Assembly (NCBI GenBank): GCA_022844165.1
Contig: JALHMH010000010.1
Span: forward strand, 1 to 64,000
Origin: Lysobacterales bacterium
GTDB lineage: Bacteria; Pseudomonadota; Gammaproteobacteria; Xanthomonadales; SZUA-5
Direction of reading: 5' to 3'
DNA length: 64,000 nt
Below are positions 9,454 through 20,967 of the stretch, in pieces. A program made the translations under genes and the position numbers. The first letter of the stretch is position 1, and every line of letters begins with the position of its first letter. The notes below the pieces were generated by a model. It did no database searches. It was not told the origin of the DNA and was given only the letters and a program-made list of their open reading frames with translations.

Positions 9454-9529
9454 TGGCTGGGGTGCTAGGACTCGAACCTAGGAATGCGGGAATCAAAATC
9501 CCGTGCCTTACCAACTTGGCGACACCCCA
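9454..9529 (-). tRNA. tRNA-Gln (TTG)
   Basis: TGGGGTGTCGCCAAGTTGGTAAGGCACGGGATTTTGATTCCCGCATTCCTAGGTTCGAGTCCTAGCACCCCAGCCA; anticodon TTG, encoded CCA, usual position between ispE and prs. Confidence 0.97.
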
Positions 9530-9588
9530 AAAACCGGCCTGTGGCCGCAACAACCCAAGCGATTGGCTTGAGACTTGTTCAGCTGCGA

Positions 9589-11489
<1,901 letters not shown>

Positions 11490-11531
11490 TTAGCGCGATT
11501 TCACCGGCGACGCTCTGGCCTTACATCCGCT

Positions 11532-11560
11532 CTTGAAATCTCGCGTGCCGATCCGCAAAT
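11532..11560 (+). promoter_or_regulatory. Sigma-32 (RpoH)-type promoter for hsp20-cbpA
   Basis: CTTGAAA-N14-CCGCAAAT compared with consensus CTTGAAA-N13/14-CCCCATNT, upstream of a small heat-shock gene. Confidence 0.65.
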
Positions 11561-11609
11561 CATGGCCATCGGCGATCGCTGATCGCCATCAGACCAAGGA
11601 GTCAAGACG

Positions 11610-12056
11610 ATGACCGCTGCACGATTCAATCCTTTTCCAGCCGTTGCAAAGACGCCAGGCGAGTTCCGCGATTTGATCGAGAAGTTCTTTAGTTTGGACG
11701 AAACCGATCAGTCGAATGTAGTGACCAGCCAATGGACGCCACGCGTCGATATCCGCGAGGAACCTGGGCGTTTCGTGATTCTCGCGGATGTCCCGGGCGT
11801 CGACCCGAACGACATCGAAATCCACATGGAGAAGGGGATTCTCTCGATCAAGGGCGAACGCAAAATCGAGGCACAGAAGGAGAACGAAAAGTTCACCCGC
11901 GTGGAGCGCGCGCACGGGACCTTTTATCGTCGTTTTGCGTTACCTGACAGCGCGAACGCCGATGGCATTACTGCCCACGGAAAGAACGGTGTGTTGGAGA
12001 TTGCGATTCCGAAACGTCCGGAGACGACGCCGCGTCGCATCGTCATTTCGCACTGA
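11610..12056 (+). CDS. Hsp20/alpha-crystallin small heat shock protein
   Basis: WTPRVDIRE, ADVPGV, ERAHGTFYRRFALP and NGVLEIAIPK motifs; AAGGAG RBS. Confidence 0.95.
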   Translation: MTAARFNPFPAVAKTPGEFRDLIEKFFSLDETDQSNVVTSQWTPRVDIREEPGRFVILADVPGVDPNDIEIHMEKGILSIKGERKIEAQKENEKFTRVERAHGTFYRRFALPDSANADGITAHGKNGVLEIAIPKRPETTPRRIVISH

Positions 12057-12106
12057 TCGGATCCAGTCTTCCTGCGGTTCTGCCGGCGTGCAGGGCCTTA
12101 TGATCG

Positions 12107-12138
12107 AAGGGCGGTGCTCGCTGAGTGCCGCCCTTTTT
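12107..12138 (+). terminator. Intrinsic terminator/attenuator between hsp20 and cbpA
   Basis: AAGGGCGGTGCTC-gct-GAGTGCCGCCC followed by TTTTT. Confidence 0.7.
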
Positions 12139-12150
12139 CTGGAGTGATCG

Positions 12151-13038
12151 ATGCGCTTCAAAGACTACTACGATGTGCTCGGCGTCAAACCCGATGCGAG
12201 TGTCGACGACATCAAATCGGCCTACCGCAAATTGGCACGCAAATACCACCCGGATGTCAGCAAAGAGAAGAATGCCGAAGACCGCTTTAAGGACATCAAT
12301 GAGGCGTTCGAGGCGTTGAAGGATCCGGAGCGGCGCGCTGCGTTCGACCAGCTACGCGCTGGAGGCTACCGCCCGGGCGATGAGGTTCGTCAACAAGGCC
12401 CGTTTGGCGGCGGCTATGAGTTCGACATGGGTGGCGACGGTAGTGGTCAGTACAGCGATTTTTTTGAGTCGCTGTTCGGCCGGATGCGCGGTGGCCCGCG
12501 ACGATCCAGCGTGTCCGGGGGCGAAGTGCGAGCCAGCATTGAGATCGATCTGGAGGCCGCGTATCGGGGCGGGAAGCAGCGCCTGACCGTGCAGGGCGCG
12601 CGGGGAGTGCGCACCCTTGAAGTCAAAATTCCCGCTGGTATTCAAAGCGGGAAGACGATCCGATTGGCGGGGCAGGGGAATCTCGGCACCGATGGCGAAC
12701 CCGGCGATTTACTGCTCGAAGTGAAGATTCGCCCCCACGCTACCTTTGCGCTGGACGGAAAGAACATCTCGGTGACTCTGGTACTCGCGCCGTGGGAGGC
12801 CGCATTGGGCGCTAAGGTGCTGGTCCCCACGCTCGCCGGTGAGGTGGAGCTGTCGATTCCAGCCGGCTCGCAATCGGGTCGAAAAATGCGTCTGAAGGGC
12901 CGCGGCATGCCTGGAAAAGAAAATGGCGATCAGCTTGTGACGCTGCTGGTGCAGACGCCGCCAGCGCTGAACGACGCAGATCGCGCAGCTTACGAGGCGC
13001 TGCGCGCGCAATTTCCGAGCTTCAAGCCGCGTGGCTGA
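12151..13038 (+). CDS. cbpA: DnaJ-class (CbpA-like) co-chaperone
   Basis: N-terminal J domain (KDYY..YHPDVSK), DnaJ_C domain, no Zn finger. Confidence 0.88.
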   Translation: MRFKDYYDVLGVKPDASVDDIKSAYRKLARKYHPDVSKEKNAEDRFKDINEAFEALKDPERRAAFDQLRAGGYRPGDEVRQQGPFGGGYEFDMGGDGSGQYSDFFESLFGRMRGGPRRSSVSGGEVRASIEIDLEAAYRGGKQRLTVQGARGVRTLEVKIPAGIQSGKTIRLAGQGNLGTDGEPGDLLLEVKIRPHATFALDGKNISVTLVLAPWEAALGAKVLVPTLAGEVELSIPAGSQSGRKMRLKGRGMPGKENGDQLVTLLVQTPPALNDADRAAYEALRAQFPSFKPRG

Positions 13039-13101
13039 GTCGCGAGGATGCGCTGCGCTTCGAACGCATCCTGTGCACTCGCGAAAATTCTGCTTCGATC
13101 G

Positions 13102-14766
13102 CTAACGCGTCAGCGGCTTGTACTTTAAGCGGTGCGGTTTCGCGCCTTCTTCGCCCAAGCGCCGTCTCTTGTCGGCTTCGTAGTCGGTGTAGTTGCCGGT
13201 AAAAAACTCGACGTGCGAATCGCCCTCAAACGACAGAATGTGCGTTGCGATACGATCCAGAAACCAACGATCGTGGCTGATGACCATCACGCAGCCAGGG
13301 AACTCGAGGATGGCATCCTCCAACGCGCGCAGCGTCTCGATGTCGAGGTCGTTGCTGGGTTCGTCCAACAGCAGTACATTGCCGCCCTGCAATAAGGTCT
13401 TGGCCAGATGCAGGCGGCCGCGTTCCCCACCGGACAAAGAGCCGCACAGCTTCTGCTGATCGGGGCCTTTGAAGTTGAAGCGGCCTATGTAGGCGCGCGA
13501 TTGGATTTCGAGCTTGCCAATGGTCAAGATGTCGGCGCCGCCGGAAACGGCTTGGAACACATTCTTGTCCGCTTCCAGTGAATCGCGCGACTGATCTACA
13601 AATGCCAGCTTGACGGTTTGCCCGATGACGACTTCCCCGGAATCTGGTTTCTCAACATCGGTGATCAGTTTGAACAGCGTCGACTTGCCCGCGCCATTCG
13701 GACCGATGATGCCGACGATGGACCCCGGTTGCATCTTGAACGAAAGGTCGTCAATCAACAGCCGGTCGCCAAATGCCTTGCTGACATTTTTGAACTCGAT
13801 GACCAGATCGCCGAGGCGCTCACCGGGCGGAATGTAGATCTCGTTGGTTTCATTGCGTTGTTGGTACTCGACCGAATTCAATTCGTCGAACTTGGCGAGG
13901 CGCGACTTGCTCTTGGCCTGTCGTCCCTTGGCGTTTTGACGAACCCATTCGAGCTCGCGTTGGATTGCCTTCTGTCGGGCCTTCTCGCTGGCGGCTTCCT
14001 GTTTCAGGCGTTCGTCTTTCTGGCTGAGCCACGAGGAGTAGTTTCCTTTCCACGGAATGCCGCGCCCGCGGTCGAGTTCCAGAATCCACTCGGCGGCATT
14101 GTCGAGGAAGTAGCGATCATGGGTCACAGCTACAACGGTGCCTGGGAAGCGCGCCAGATACTGTTCCAGCCACTCGACGGATTCGGCATCAAGATGGTTG
14201 GTTGGTTCGTCGAGCAGCAGCATGTCTGGTTTTTGTAAAAGCAGTCGGCACAGCGCAACACGGCGTTTCTCGCCGCCCGACAGATGCCTGACATTGGCGT
14301 CCCATGGCGGTAACCTCAGGGCATCGGCGGCCTGCTCCAATTGCTGTTCCATGGTGTGCGCATCGCCAGCCGCCAAGATGGCTTCCAGGCGCGCCTGCCT
14401 TTCTGCCAGCGCGTCGAAGTCGGCGTCGGGCTCGGCGTAAGCCGCGTAAACCTTGTCAAGTTCCTCCTGTGCCGTGAAGATCTCACCCAGGCCCTCTTCA
14501 ACCGACTGGCGCACGTTTTTTTCGGGATCGAGCTTTGGTTCTTGCTCCAGAAAGCCGATCTTGATTCCAGGCTGCGGTCGCGCCTCGCCGACAAAGTCCT
14601 TGTCCGTGCCCGCCATGATTCGCAGAACCGTGGACTTGCCTGCGCCGTTCAGGCCCAGCAAGCCGATCTTGGCGCCAGGGTAAAACGACAGAGAAATGTC
14701 CTTGATGATTTCGCGCTTCGGCGGCACCGTCTTGCTGACGCCGATCATCGTATAAATGTATTGCAT
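13102..14766 (-). CDS. ettA: Energy-dependent translational throttle ABC-F protein
   Basis: MQYIYTM..VSKTVPPKR; two ABC domains; ELEWVRQ..KGRQAKSK linker. Confidence 0.96.
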   Translation of the reverse strand: MQYIYTMIGVSKTVPPKREIIKDISLSFYPGAKIGLLGLNGAGKSTVLRIMAGTDKDFVGEARPQPGIKIGFLEQEPKLDPEKNVRQSVEEGLGEIFTAQEELDKVYAAYAEPDADFDALAERQARLEAILAAGDAHTMEQQLEQAADALRLPPWDANVRHLSGGEKRRVALCRLLLQKPDMLLLDEPTNHLDAESVEWLEQYLARFPGTVVAVTHDRYFLDNAAEWILELDRGRGIPWKGNYSSWLSQKDERLKQEAASEKARQKAIQRELEWVRQNAKGRQAKSKSRLAKFDELNSVEYQQRNETNEIYIPPGERLGDLVIEFKNVSKAFGDRLLIDDLSFKMQPGSIVGIIGPNGAGKSTLFKLITDVEKPDSGEVVIGQTVKLAFVDQSRDSLEADKNVFQAVSGGADILTIGKLEIQSRAYIGRFNFKGPDQQKLCGSLSGGERGRLHLAKTLLQGGNVLLLDEPSNDLDIETLRALEDAILEFPGCVMVISHDRWFLDRIATHILSFEGDSHVEFFTGNYTDYEADKRRRLGEEGAKPHRLKYKPLTR

Positions 14767-15073
14767 GGATTGGGCCCGCCAAAAAGATAGCCGCGTATGC
14801 TGCCAGCTTTTGGCAAGGTGCGCCTAAACATCGCTGGGCTTCGTCCCAGACCGACGAGCGTTGTTGCCTTCGTTCGCAGGCAACCAACGCATCCGCACAA
14901 CAAGCATGGCTTGAAGCCATCCTCAAGGATGAAAGCTGTGCGGATACTTGTCTCGATGATTGAGATCGCGCTGCATCATGGGGTCTGGAGCGCATCAGAT
15001 CGGCGAACATCGTGCATGCTCAGGGTCCTGAACGAATCACTGGACTGACCGGCGCTTAACAACCATGCAACTG

Positions 15074-15092
15074 GAATTTAACCAGAATTTAA
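15074..15092. promoter_or_regulatory. Direct repeat GAATTTAA x2 (11-bp period), candidate OmpR-family box
   Basis: GAATTTAA at 15074 and 15085 in the divergent ettA/response-regulator intergenic region. Confidence 0.4.
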
Positions 15093-15293
15093 GAACGGCA
15101 TCGCTAGTGTCAGCTTCATCGTGGCCAACGCGATGCGTGCTTCTCCCCGGAGGCCTGCAGCACGTAGGCAGCGGTGTAGGGCAGAACTTACAATAGACCT
15201 GGGGCGTTTGCTCCAGGTTTTTTTTTGGGTGCTCCGACGGGCTGAAAAGGTCGAAGTGCCTCCCGGACCGGCACACCACTGACGCGAGGACGC

Positions 15294-15977
15294 ATGCGCA
15301 TTCTGGTCGTAGAAGACAATCCCGATATCGCCAGCAATATCGGCGACTATCTTGGTGATCGTGGGCACCTGGTGGACTTCGCCGCGGACGGCGTCACGGG
15401 GCTGCACCTTGCGGTGGTGAACGACTATGAGGCGATCGTTCTCGACTTGATGCTCCCAGGCATGGACGGCCTCGAGCTTTGTCGTAAGCTCCGGCAGGAG
15501 GCGCGGAAACATACGCCAGTATTAATGCTCACCGCGCGCGACGCGTTGCAGCAGAAGCTGGCCGGTTTCGAAACGGGCGCCGACGACTACATGGTCAAGC
15601 CCTTCGCGCTGCAGGAACTCGAAGCGCGCATCCAAGTTCTGGTCCGCCGAAGCAAGCCACAGCAGGCGCGAATCCTGGAGGTGGCGGACCTGACATACAA
15701 CCTGGACACGCTGGTGGTCTCGCGGCAAGGCAAGAACATCCAACTCAATCCGATCGCGTTAAAGATTCTTCAGTGCTTGATGGAGTCGAGTCCTTCCGTG
15801 GTCACGCGGCAAGAGTTGGAGATGCGCGTCTGGGGCGAGGAGCTTCCCGACAGCGACTCGCTGCGCGTGCACATTCATACCCTGAGAGCGGCGGTCGACA
15901 AACCGTTTGAAAATGCGCTAATCCAGACTCGGCACGGCATTGGCTACCGCCTCGTCGATCCCCAAGCGGCATCGTAA
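15294..15977 (+). CDS. colR: OmpR-family response regulator (ColR-like)
   Basis: Receiver plus winged helix; MRILVVEDN.DIA.N.GDYL.DRGH.VDFAADGVTGLHLAV matches Xanthomonas ColR as recalled. Confidence 0.8.
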   Translation: MRILVVEDNPDIASNIGDYLGDRGHLVDFAADGVTGLHLAVVNDYEAIVLDLMLPGMDGLELCRKLRQEARKHTPVLMLTARDALQQKLAGFETGADDYMVKPFALQELEARIQVLVRRSKPQQARILEVADLTYNLDTLVVSRQGKNIQLNPIALKILQCLMESSPSVVTRQELEMRVWGEELPDSDSLRVHIHTLRAAVDKPFENALIQTRHGIGYRLVDPQAAS

Positions 15978-17265
15978 GCGGCTCCGCAGCCGCATCATCG
16001 TTGCCTTCGCGCTGTTTGGCACTGCGCTGACCACGCTGTTTGCCGCCAGCGCAGTGCTGTTGCGCGGTTATCTTGAGGACACGTTGATCGGGGAGACGCT
16101 GGGTCGCGAACTCGGCAGTTATGCCGAGGCCTTTTATCGCGAGCAGGCCAGCGGTGTGCCGCAGGAGTTCGCGTTCTCCAAGATTGTGGGTCGGATCGTC
16201 GGGCCGAACCGCTTCAAAGAGCAGCCGTTCGAGTGGCAGCGGCTCGGCAATGGTGTGCATCGGGTGTCCGAACTCACCTCCGGTGGCATCGAAACTTACA
16301 AATTGGCCGTGCGCAAAGACGCTGGCGTCTGGTTTTTCTTGAAGTACGACATCACCGAGGAAGAACGCGGACGCGAGCTGCTCTTGTGGCTGCTGGGTAT
16401 CGCCGTCGTGTTCTTTTCGTTCCTGGCTTTGTTGTTGGGCGTGTGGTCTTCGTCTCGTGTCATGGCGCCGGTGGCGGAGTTGGCGAGGCGCCTCGAGAGC
16501 ATTTCGCGGCGGGGCCGCCATGAACCGCTGGCGCCACATTTTGCCGACGACGAGGTAGGTCAACTGGCCAGTGCCCTGGACGACTACGCGGGTCAATTGA
16601 GCGAGTTGGTCGAACGCGATCGCGAGTTTAACTCGGATGTCAGCCACGAGTTGCGCACGCCGCTGGCGGTGATTCAGACAACCACCGAGCTGGTGCTCGG
16701 CAGCCCTGAGCTGACACCAAAACTGCGCGAGCGCATTGCACGGATTGAGCGCGCTGCAAAGCAGTCGACAGAGCTTATCGGTGCGTTGCTGTTGTTGTCT
16801 CGGAGCGAACGCGCCGGCCCGCAGGATGGCGAGACCAGTGCGGTGGCTCAGGTGGCACGTGAAGTCGTGGAAGCGCATCGATCGCAGCTTGCCGGTCGGC
16901 CGATACAGCTGAAGCTCAACATCGACGCAGATCCTGCCGTTTCGGCGCCAGGCGCGGTGATCGCGGTTGTCCTGAGCAACCTGGTTGGAAATGCCGTGAA
17001 GTACACGCGAGAGGGCGAAATCTGCGTTCGCATCACCGAATCGGCGGTCATCGTTGATGACACGGGCGCGGGAATTACCGAACAAGAGGCGGCCACGTTA
17101 TTCGATCGCCATGTTCGCGGCAGCAGTGCCGGAACCACGAGTGGCGCCGGACTGGGTCTGGCCATTGTCAAGCGATTGTGCGCGCTGTACGGCTGGCGTG
17201 CAGAGCTTGAGCCGCGCGCGGGCGGCGGTGCGCGGGCGAGTTTGCACTTCGATTCGGTCGATTGA
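15940..17265 (+). CDS. colS: Sensor histidine kinase (ColS-like)
   Basis: Two TM segments, HAMP, H-box SHELRTPL, NLVGNAVKY and GAGLGLAIV. Confidence 0.8.
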   Translation: MATASSIPKRHRKRLRSRIIVAFALFGTALTTLFAASAVLLRGYLEDTLIGETLGRELGSYAEAFYREQASGVPQEFAFSKIVGRIVGPNRFKEQPFEWQRLGNGVHRVSELTSGGIETYKLAVRKDAGVWFFLKYDITEEERGRELLLWLLGIAVVFFSFLALLLGVWSSSRVMAPVAELARRLESISRRGRHEPLAPHFADDEVGQLASALDDYAGQLSELVERDREFNSDVSHELRTPLAVIQTTTELVLGSPELTPKLRERIARIERAAKQSTELIGALLLLSRSERAGPQDGETSAVAQVAREVVEAHRSQLAGRPIQLKLNIDADPAVSAPGAVIAVVLSNLVGNAVKYTREGEICVRITESAVIVDDTGAGITEQEAATLFDRHVRGSSAGTTSGAGLGLAIVKRLCALYGWRAELEPRAGGGARASLHFDSVD

Positions 17266-17480
17266 GGGGTTCGGGCGAACGCGGAATAGAAACATTGCGC
17301 AATCCGCATTTGATGTTGCCTGACTCCCCGTGCTAGCTTTCGCCTCCATTGCGCTCGCCGACTCTGGCTTCTGAGCGCTTAGTCCTTCATCGCACCGCCG
17401 CCTCTCTTCGAGAGGATCGAATCGGTGTTCAATCTTTAAGTCCAGTCATCCCCGCCCAAAGCGAAGTCGTCCCCAAACTC

Positions 17481-18746
17481 ATGCATCTGTCAGAACTCAA
17501 ACGGAAGTCCGTTGAAGAACTCTTGGACATGGCTGTTGCCATGGAACTCGAAGGCGTTGCGCGCGCCCGGAAACAGGAAGTCATCTTTGCCATCCTGAAA
17601 GCCTACGCCAAGAACGGCGATTCGATCTCCGGCGAGGGCGTGCTCGAGATATTGCAGGATGGTTTCGGATTCCTGCGTGCGCCAGATTCTTCTTATCTGG
17701 CAGGGCCGGACGATGTTTACATCAGCCCGAGCCAGATCCGACGCTTTAACTTGCGCACTGGCGACTACATTCGCGGCAAAGTGCGCCCGCCTAAGGAAGG
17801 GGAACGGTATTTCGCGCTGCTTAAAGTCGACGACATCAACGACGAGCCGCCAGAATCGAAGAAGAATCAGGTGCTTTTCGAGAACCTGACGCCCTATTAC
17901 CCGACGCAAAAGTACAACCTCGAACGTGGTAATGGCTCCACTGAGGACATCACCGGCCGAGTGATGGACCTGATCAGCCCAGTCGGTAAGGGTCAGCGTG
18001 GATTGATCGTTTCGCCGCCGAAAGCCGGCAAGACGATGATGTTGCAAAATGTCGCGCAGGCTCTGATGGCAAATCATCCGGAAAGCCATTTGATCGTGTT
18101 GCTGATCGACGAGCGGCCAGAAGAAGTCACTGAAATGCAGCGCATGGTGCGCGTCGGCGAAGTGATCTCTTCGACCTTCGACGAACCTGCGGCGCGCCAC
18201 GTGCAAGTGGCGGAAATGGTGATCGAACGCGCTAAGCGACTCGTGGAGCACAAGCGCGATGTGATCATTTTGCTCGATTCGATTACGCGTCTGGCACGGG
18301 CTTACAACACGGTGGTGCCTTCATCGGGCAAAGTGCTGACGGGCGGCGTTGATGCCAACGCCCTGCAACGACCGAAGCGCTTTTTTGGTGCAGCGCGCAA
18401 AGTCGAAGAAGGTGGATCGCTGACGATTCTCGCAACCGCGCTCATCGAAACCGGTTCGAAGATGGACGAAGTGATTTACGAGGAGTTCAAGGGCACGGGC
18501 AACATGGAAGTACACCTCGAACGCCGCATCGCGGAAAAACGCGTTTATCCGGCGATCAACATCAATCGCTCCGGCACGCGCCGTGAAGAGTTGCTGCTTG
18601 GCCAGGAGCCGCTGCAGAAAATCTGGATTCTGCGCAAGCTGTTGCATTCGATGGATGAAACCGCGGCAATGGAATTTATGCTCGATAAAATGAAGAGCAC
18701 AAAGAGCAACGACGAGTTCTTCTTGCAGATGAAGCGCTCATCCTAG
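17481..18746 (+). CDS. rho: Transcription termination factor Rho
   Basis: [39 protein letters not shown] and [10 protein letters not shown] motifs. Confidence 0.98.
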   Translation: MHLSELKRKSVEELLDMAVAMELEGVARARKQEVIFAILKAYAKNGDSISGEGVLEILQDGFGFLRAPDSSYLAGPDDVYISPSQIRRFNLRTGDYIRGKVRPPKEGERYFALLKVDDINDEPPESKKNQVLFENLTPYYPTQKYNLERGNGSTEDITGRVMDLISPVGKGQRGLIVSPPKAGKTMMLQNVAQALMANHPESHLIVLLIDERPEEVTEMQRMVRVGEVISSTFDEPAARHVQVAEMVIERAKRLVEHKRDVIILLDSITRLARAYNTVVPSSGKVLTGGVDANALQRPKRFFGAARKVEEGGSLTILATALIETGSKMDEVIYEEFKGTGNMEVHLERRIAEKRVYPAININRSGTRREELLLGQEPLQKIWILRKLLHSMDETAAMEFMLDKMKSTKSNDEFFLQMKRSS

Positions 18747-18887
18747 CGACGCGCTGCAACGACCAGCCAGCTGGCGCCAAACTTCTGGCACTTATCGGCG
18801 CTGGCTCTGAGCAATCATTCTCGCCCTTGAGCTTTCAGGGGCAGTCGCCGCATCCTTGCGCATTCTGGACTTTCGGGACTCGACAAG

Positions 18888-19550
18888 ATGGCTGGATCGT
18901 TGAACTTCGAGCGTGCACGTTTCAACATGGTTGAACAACAGGTGCGTCCGTGGGACGTTCTGGATGCGCGCGTTCTTGATGTCATGGGTGAAGTGAAGCG
19001 CGAGGATTTTGTTCCGCCCCGTTTTCGGAAACTGGCGTTCACCGACTTGTCCATCCCACTCGACCACGACGAAACGATGCTCAAACCGGTCGTCGAAGGC
19101 CGCCTGTTGCAAGCACTGGACATCGGCAGCGACGACGAGGTGCTGCAGATTGGAATCGGGTCTGGGTTTGTTGCCGCTTGTTTGTCAAGGCTCGCAAGGC
19201 AGGTGCAGGGGATCGAAATTCACGTCGACTTGGCGGAGCGCGCACGTTCGCGATTGAATGCGGCGGGCATACGCAACGCCAGCATCGTCGTCGGGGACGC
19301 GTTCGCGCACCGGCCGGCACAGTCGTACGACGCTATTGCCGTCACCGGCGCGGTGCATCGCGTGCCAGAGGGGTGGTTAGGCTGGCTGAAGCCCGGCGGA
19401 AGGATGTTCATCGTCAGCGGCGACTCGCCGGCGATGGATGCCCAGCTGATGACCAGGCAATCGAGCGATGCCCTTCAGCATCGCAGCTTGTTTGAAACCG
19501 ATATTCGATACTTGCGCGGCGCTGAGCCGCTGCCCACTTTTACGATATAG
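18888..19550 (+). CDS. pcm: Protein-L-isoaspartate O-methyltransferase family protein
   Basis: ARFNMVEQQVRPWDV and SAM motif LQIGIGSG; precedes tolC. Confidence 0.85.
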   Translation: MAGSLNFERARFNMVEQQVRPWDVLDARVLDVMGEVKREDFVPPRFRKLAFTDLSIPLDHDETMLKPVVEGRLLQALDIGSDDEVLQIGIGSGFVAACLSRLARQVQGIEIHVDLAERARSRLNAAGIRNASIVVGDAFAHRPAQSYDAIAVTGAVHRVPEGWLGWLKPGGRMFIVSGDSPAMDAQLMTRQSSDALQHRSLFETDIRYLRGAEPLPTFTI

Positions 19551-19564
19551 CTTTAGGAGATTCC

Positions 19565-20935
19565 ATGCGTTGCCATCGCCTCTGTGTTGCCATTGTTTTA
19601 GCCATCGCCTGCGCGCCGGCGACGGCCGTTGATCTTGCCGAGGTCTACGAGATGGCGCGCGCGAGCGATCCGCAACTGGCGGCCGCCGAAGCGAACATGA
19701 TGGCGGCAGGCGAGGGCATTGTTCAGGCGCGTGCAGCGCTGTTGCCGAACCTGTCCGGGCGTGCGACTTTGGGCGACTCCGATAGTACGAACTCGCAGAT
19801 CACGTCGATCCCGCAGTCGGATGGCACGGTACGCTTCGGACGCGCCGAAGGATCTGGAGATTCGACGACACGCAACTATTCTCTGACGCTTGCGCAGAGC
19901 ATCTACGATCACAGCGACTACACTCGCTTGCGCGGGGCTCGGGCAGGCGCTTCGCGCGCATCGGCGAGTTACGATGCTGCGGTGGATGGATTGGTGATCC
20001 GTGTTGCAGAGGCCTATTTCGCTGCGCTGACGGCGACCACCAATCTGGATGCGGCCCAAGCCGAAGAAAAGGCTGTCAAGCGCCAGTTGGAGCAAGCGGA
20101 GCAGCGCTTCGAAGTGGGTCTGTCGGCGATCACCGATGTTCACGAAGCACAGGCGCGATTCGACGGCGCTCGCGCGGCTGCCATTCTTGCGCAGAATCAG
20201 CTGGATGATGCATACGAGGCACTGGGCGAGTTGACTGGAAGATCCATCGAAAAGGTCAACCCGCTGGCCGAGAACATCACTCTGCAACGTCCCGACCCTG
20301 ATCGCATCGAAGACTGGGTTGCGACGGCCGAAGCGGAGAGCCCCTCTCTGGCGATACGCAAGTTCGAATTGGAACAAGCGGAACAGGCGATCGAGACAGC
20401 CAAGGCGGCTCACTATCCGGTGCTGAGTGCGGACTACAGTTGGACCGATAGCAATACCTGGGGCTCGCGTTCGTCGAATGAATTCGATTTTCCAGCCGAT
20501 TCAAGCTTTCGTGATCGCGGCTTCGGGCTCACATTGACGGTACCCATTTTTGAGGGGTTCGCCACGCAATCTCGCGTACGCCAGGAGACTTTCAATCGCG
20601 ATGCTGCCGCCGATTCTTACGAACAAGAAAAGCGCGCCATTGTGCGCCAGACGCGCAGCGCCTATCGATCTGTGATGGCGGGCATCAGCGAAGTCGAAGC
20701 GCGTCGGCAGGCGCAGGTGTCGGCGCAGAGCGCTCTCGATGCCACTCAAGCGGGCTTTGAGGTCGGCACGCGCACCATCGTCGACGTGCTCATCAGTCAG
20801 CAGCTGTTGTTTCAGGCGCAACGCGACTACGCCCGGGCACGACACGACTATCTGGTCAATACCCTGCGGCTGAAACGCGCTGCTGGCACTATCGCGGCAG
20901 CTGACGTGCAGCAGGTGAGCGCTCTGCTGCGCTGA
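19565..20935 (+). CDS. tolC: TolC-family outer membrane channel
   Basis: Signal peptide; RFEVGLSAITDV and GFEVGTRTIVDVL motifs. Confidence 0.93.
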   Translation: MRCHRLCVAIVLAIACAPATAVDLAEVYEMARASDPQLAAAEANMMAAGEGIVQARAALLPNLSGRATLGDSDSTNSQITSIPQSDGTVRFGRAEGSGDSTTRNYSLTLAQSIYDHSDYTRLRGARAGASRASASYDAAVDGLVIRVAEAYFAALTATTNLDAAQAEEKAVKRQLEQAEQRFEVGLSAITDVHEAQARFDGARAAAILAQNQLDDAYEALGELTGRSIEKVNPLAENITLQRPDPDRIEDWVATAEAESPSLAIRKFELEQAEQAIETAKAAHYPVLSADYSWTDSNTWGSRSSNEFDFPADSSFRDRGFGLTLTVPIFEGFATQSRVRQETFNRDAAADSYEQEKRAIVRQTRSAYRSVMAGISEVEARRQAQVSAQSALDATQAGFEVGTRTIVDVLISQQLLFQAQRDYARARHDYLVNTLRLKRAAGTIAAADVQQVSALLR

Positions 20936-20967
20936 GATTGAGTCGTTTCGTCCGATCTCCGTTTGCG

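Noticed and set aside
9454-9529. tRNA-Gln as an integration site
   Set aside because: No integrase or duplicated tRNA 3' end was seen; flanked by the normal ispE and prs.
15802-17085. Long antisense ORFs (also 20501-21817, 28808-30970, 36372-37490, 39973-41106, 45805-46944, 60890-61930)
   Set aside because: Shadows of well-supported genes in high-GC DNA, with no recognisable motifs.
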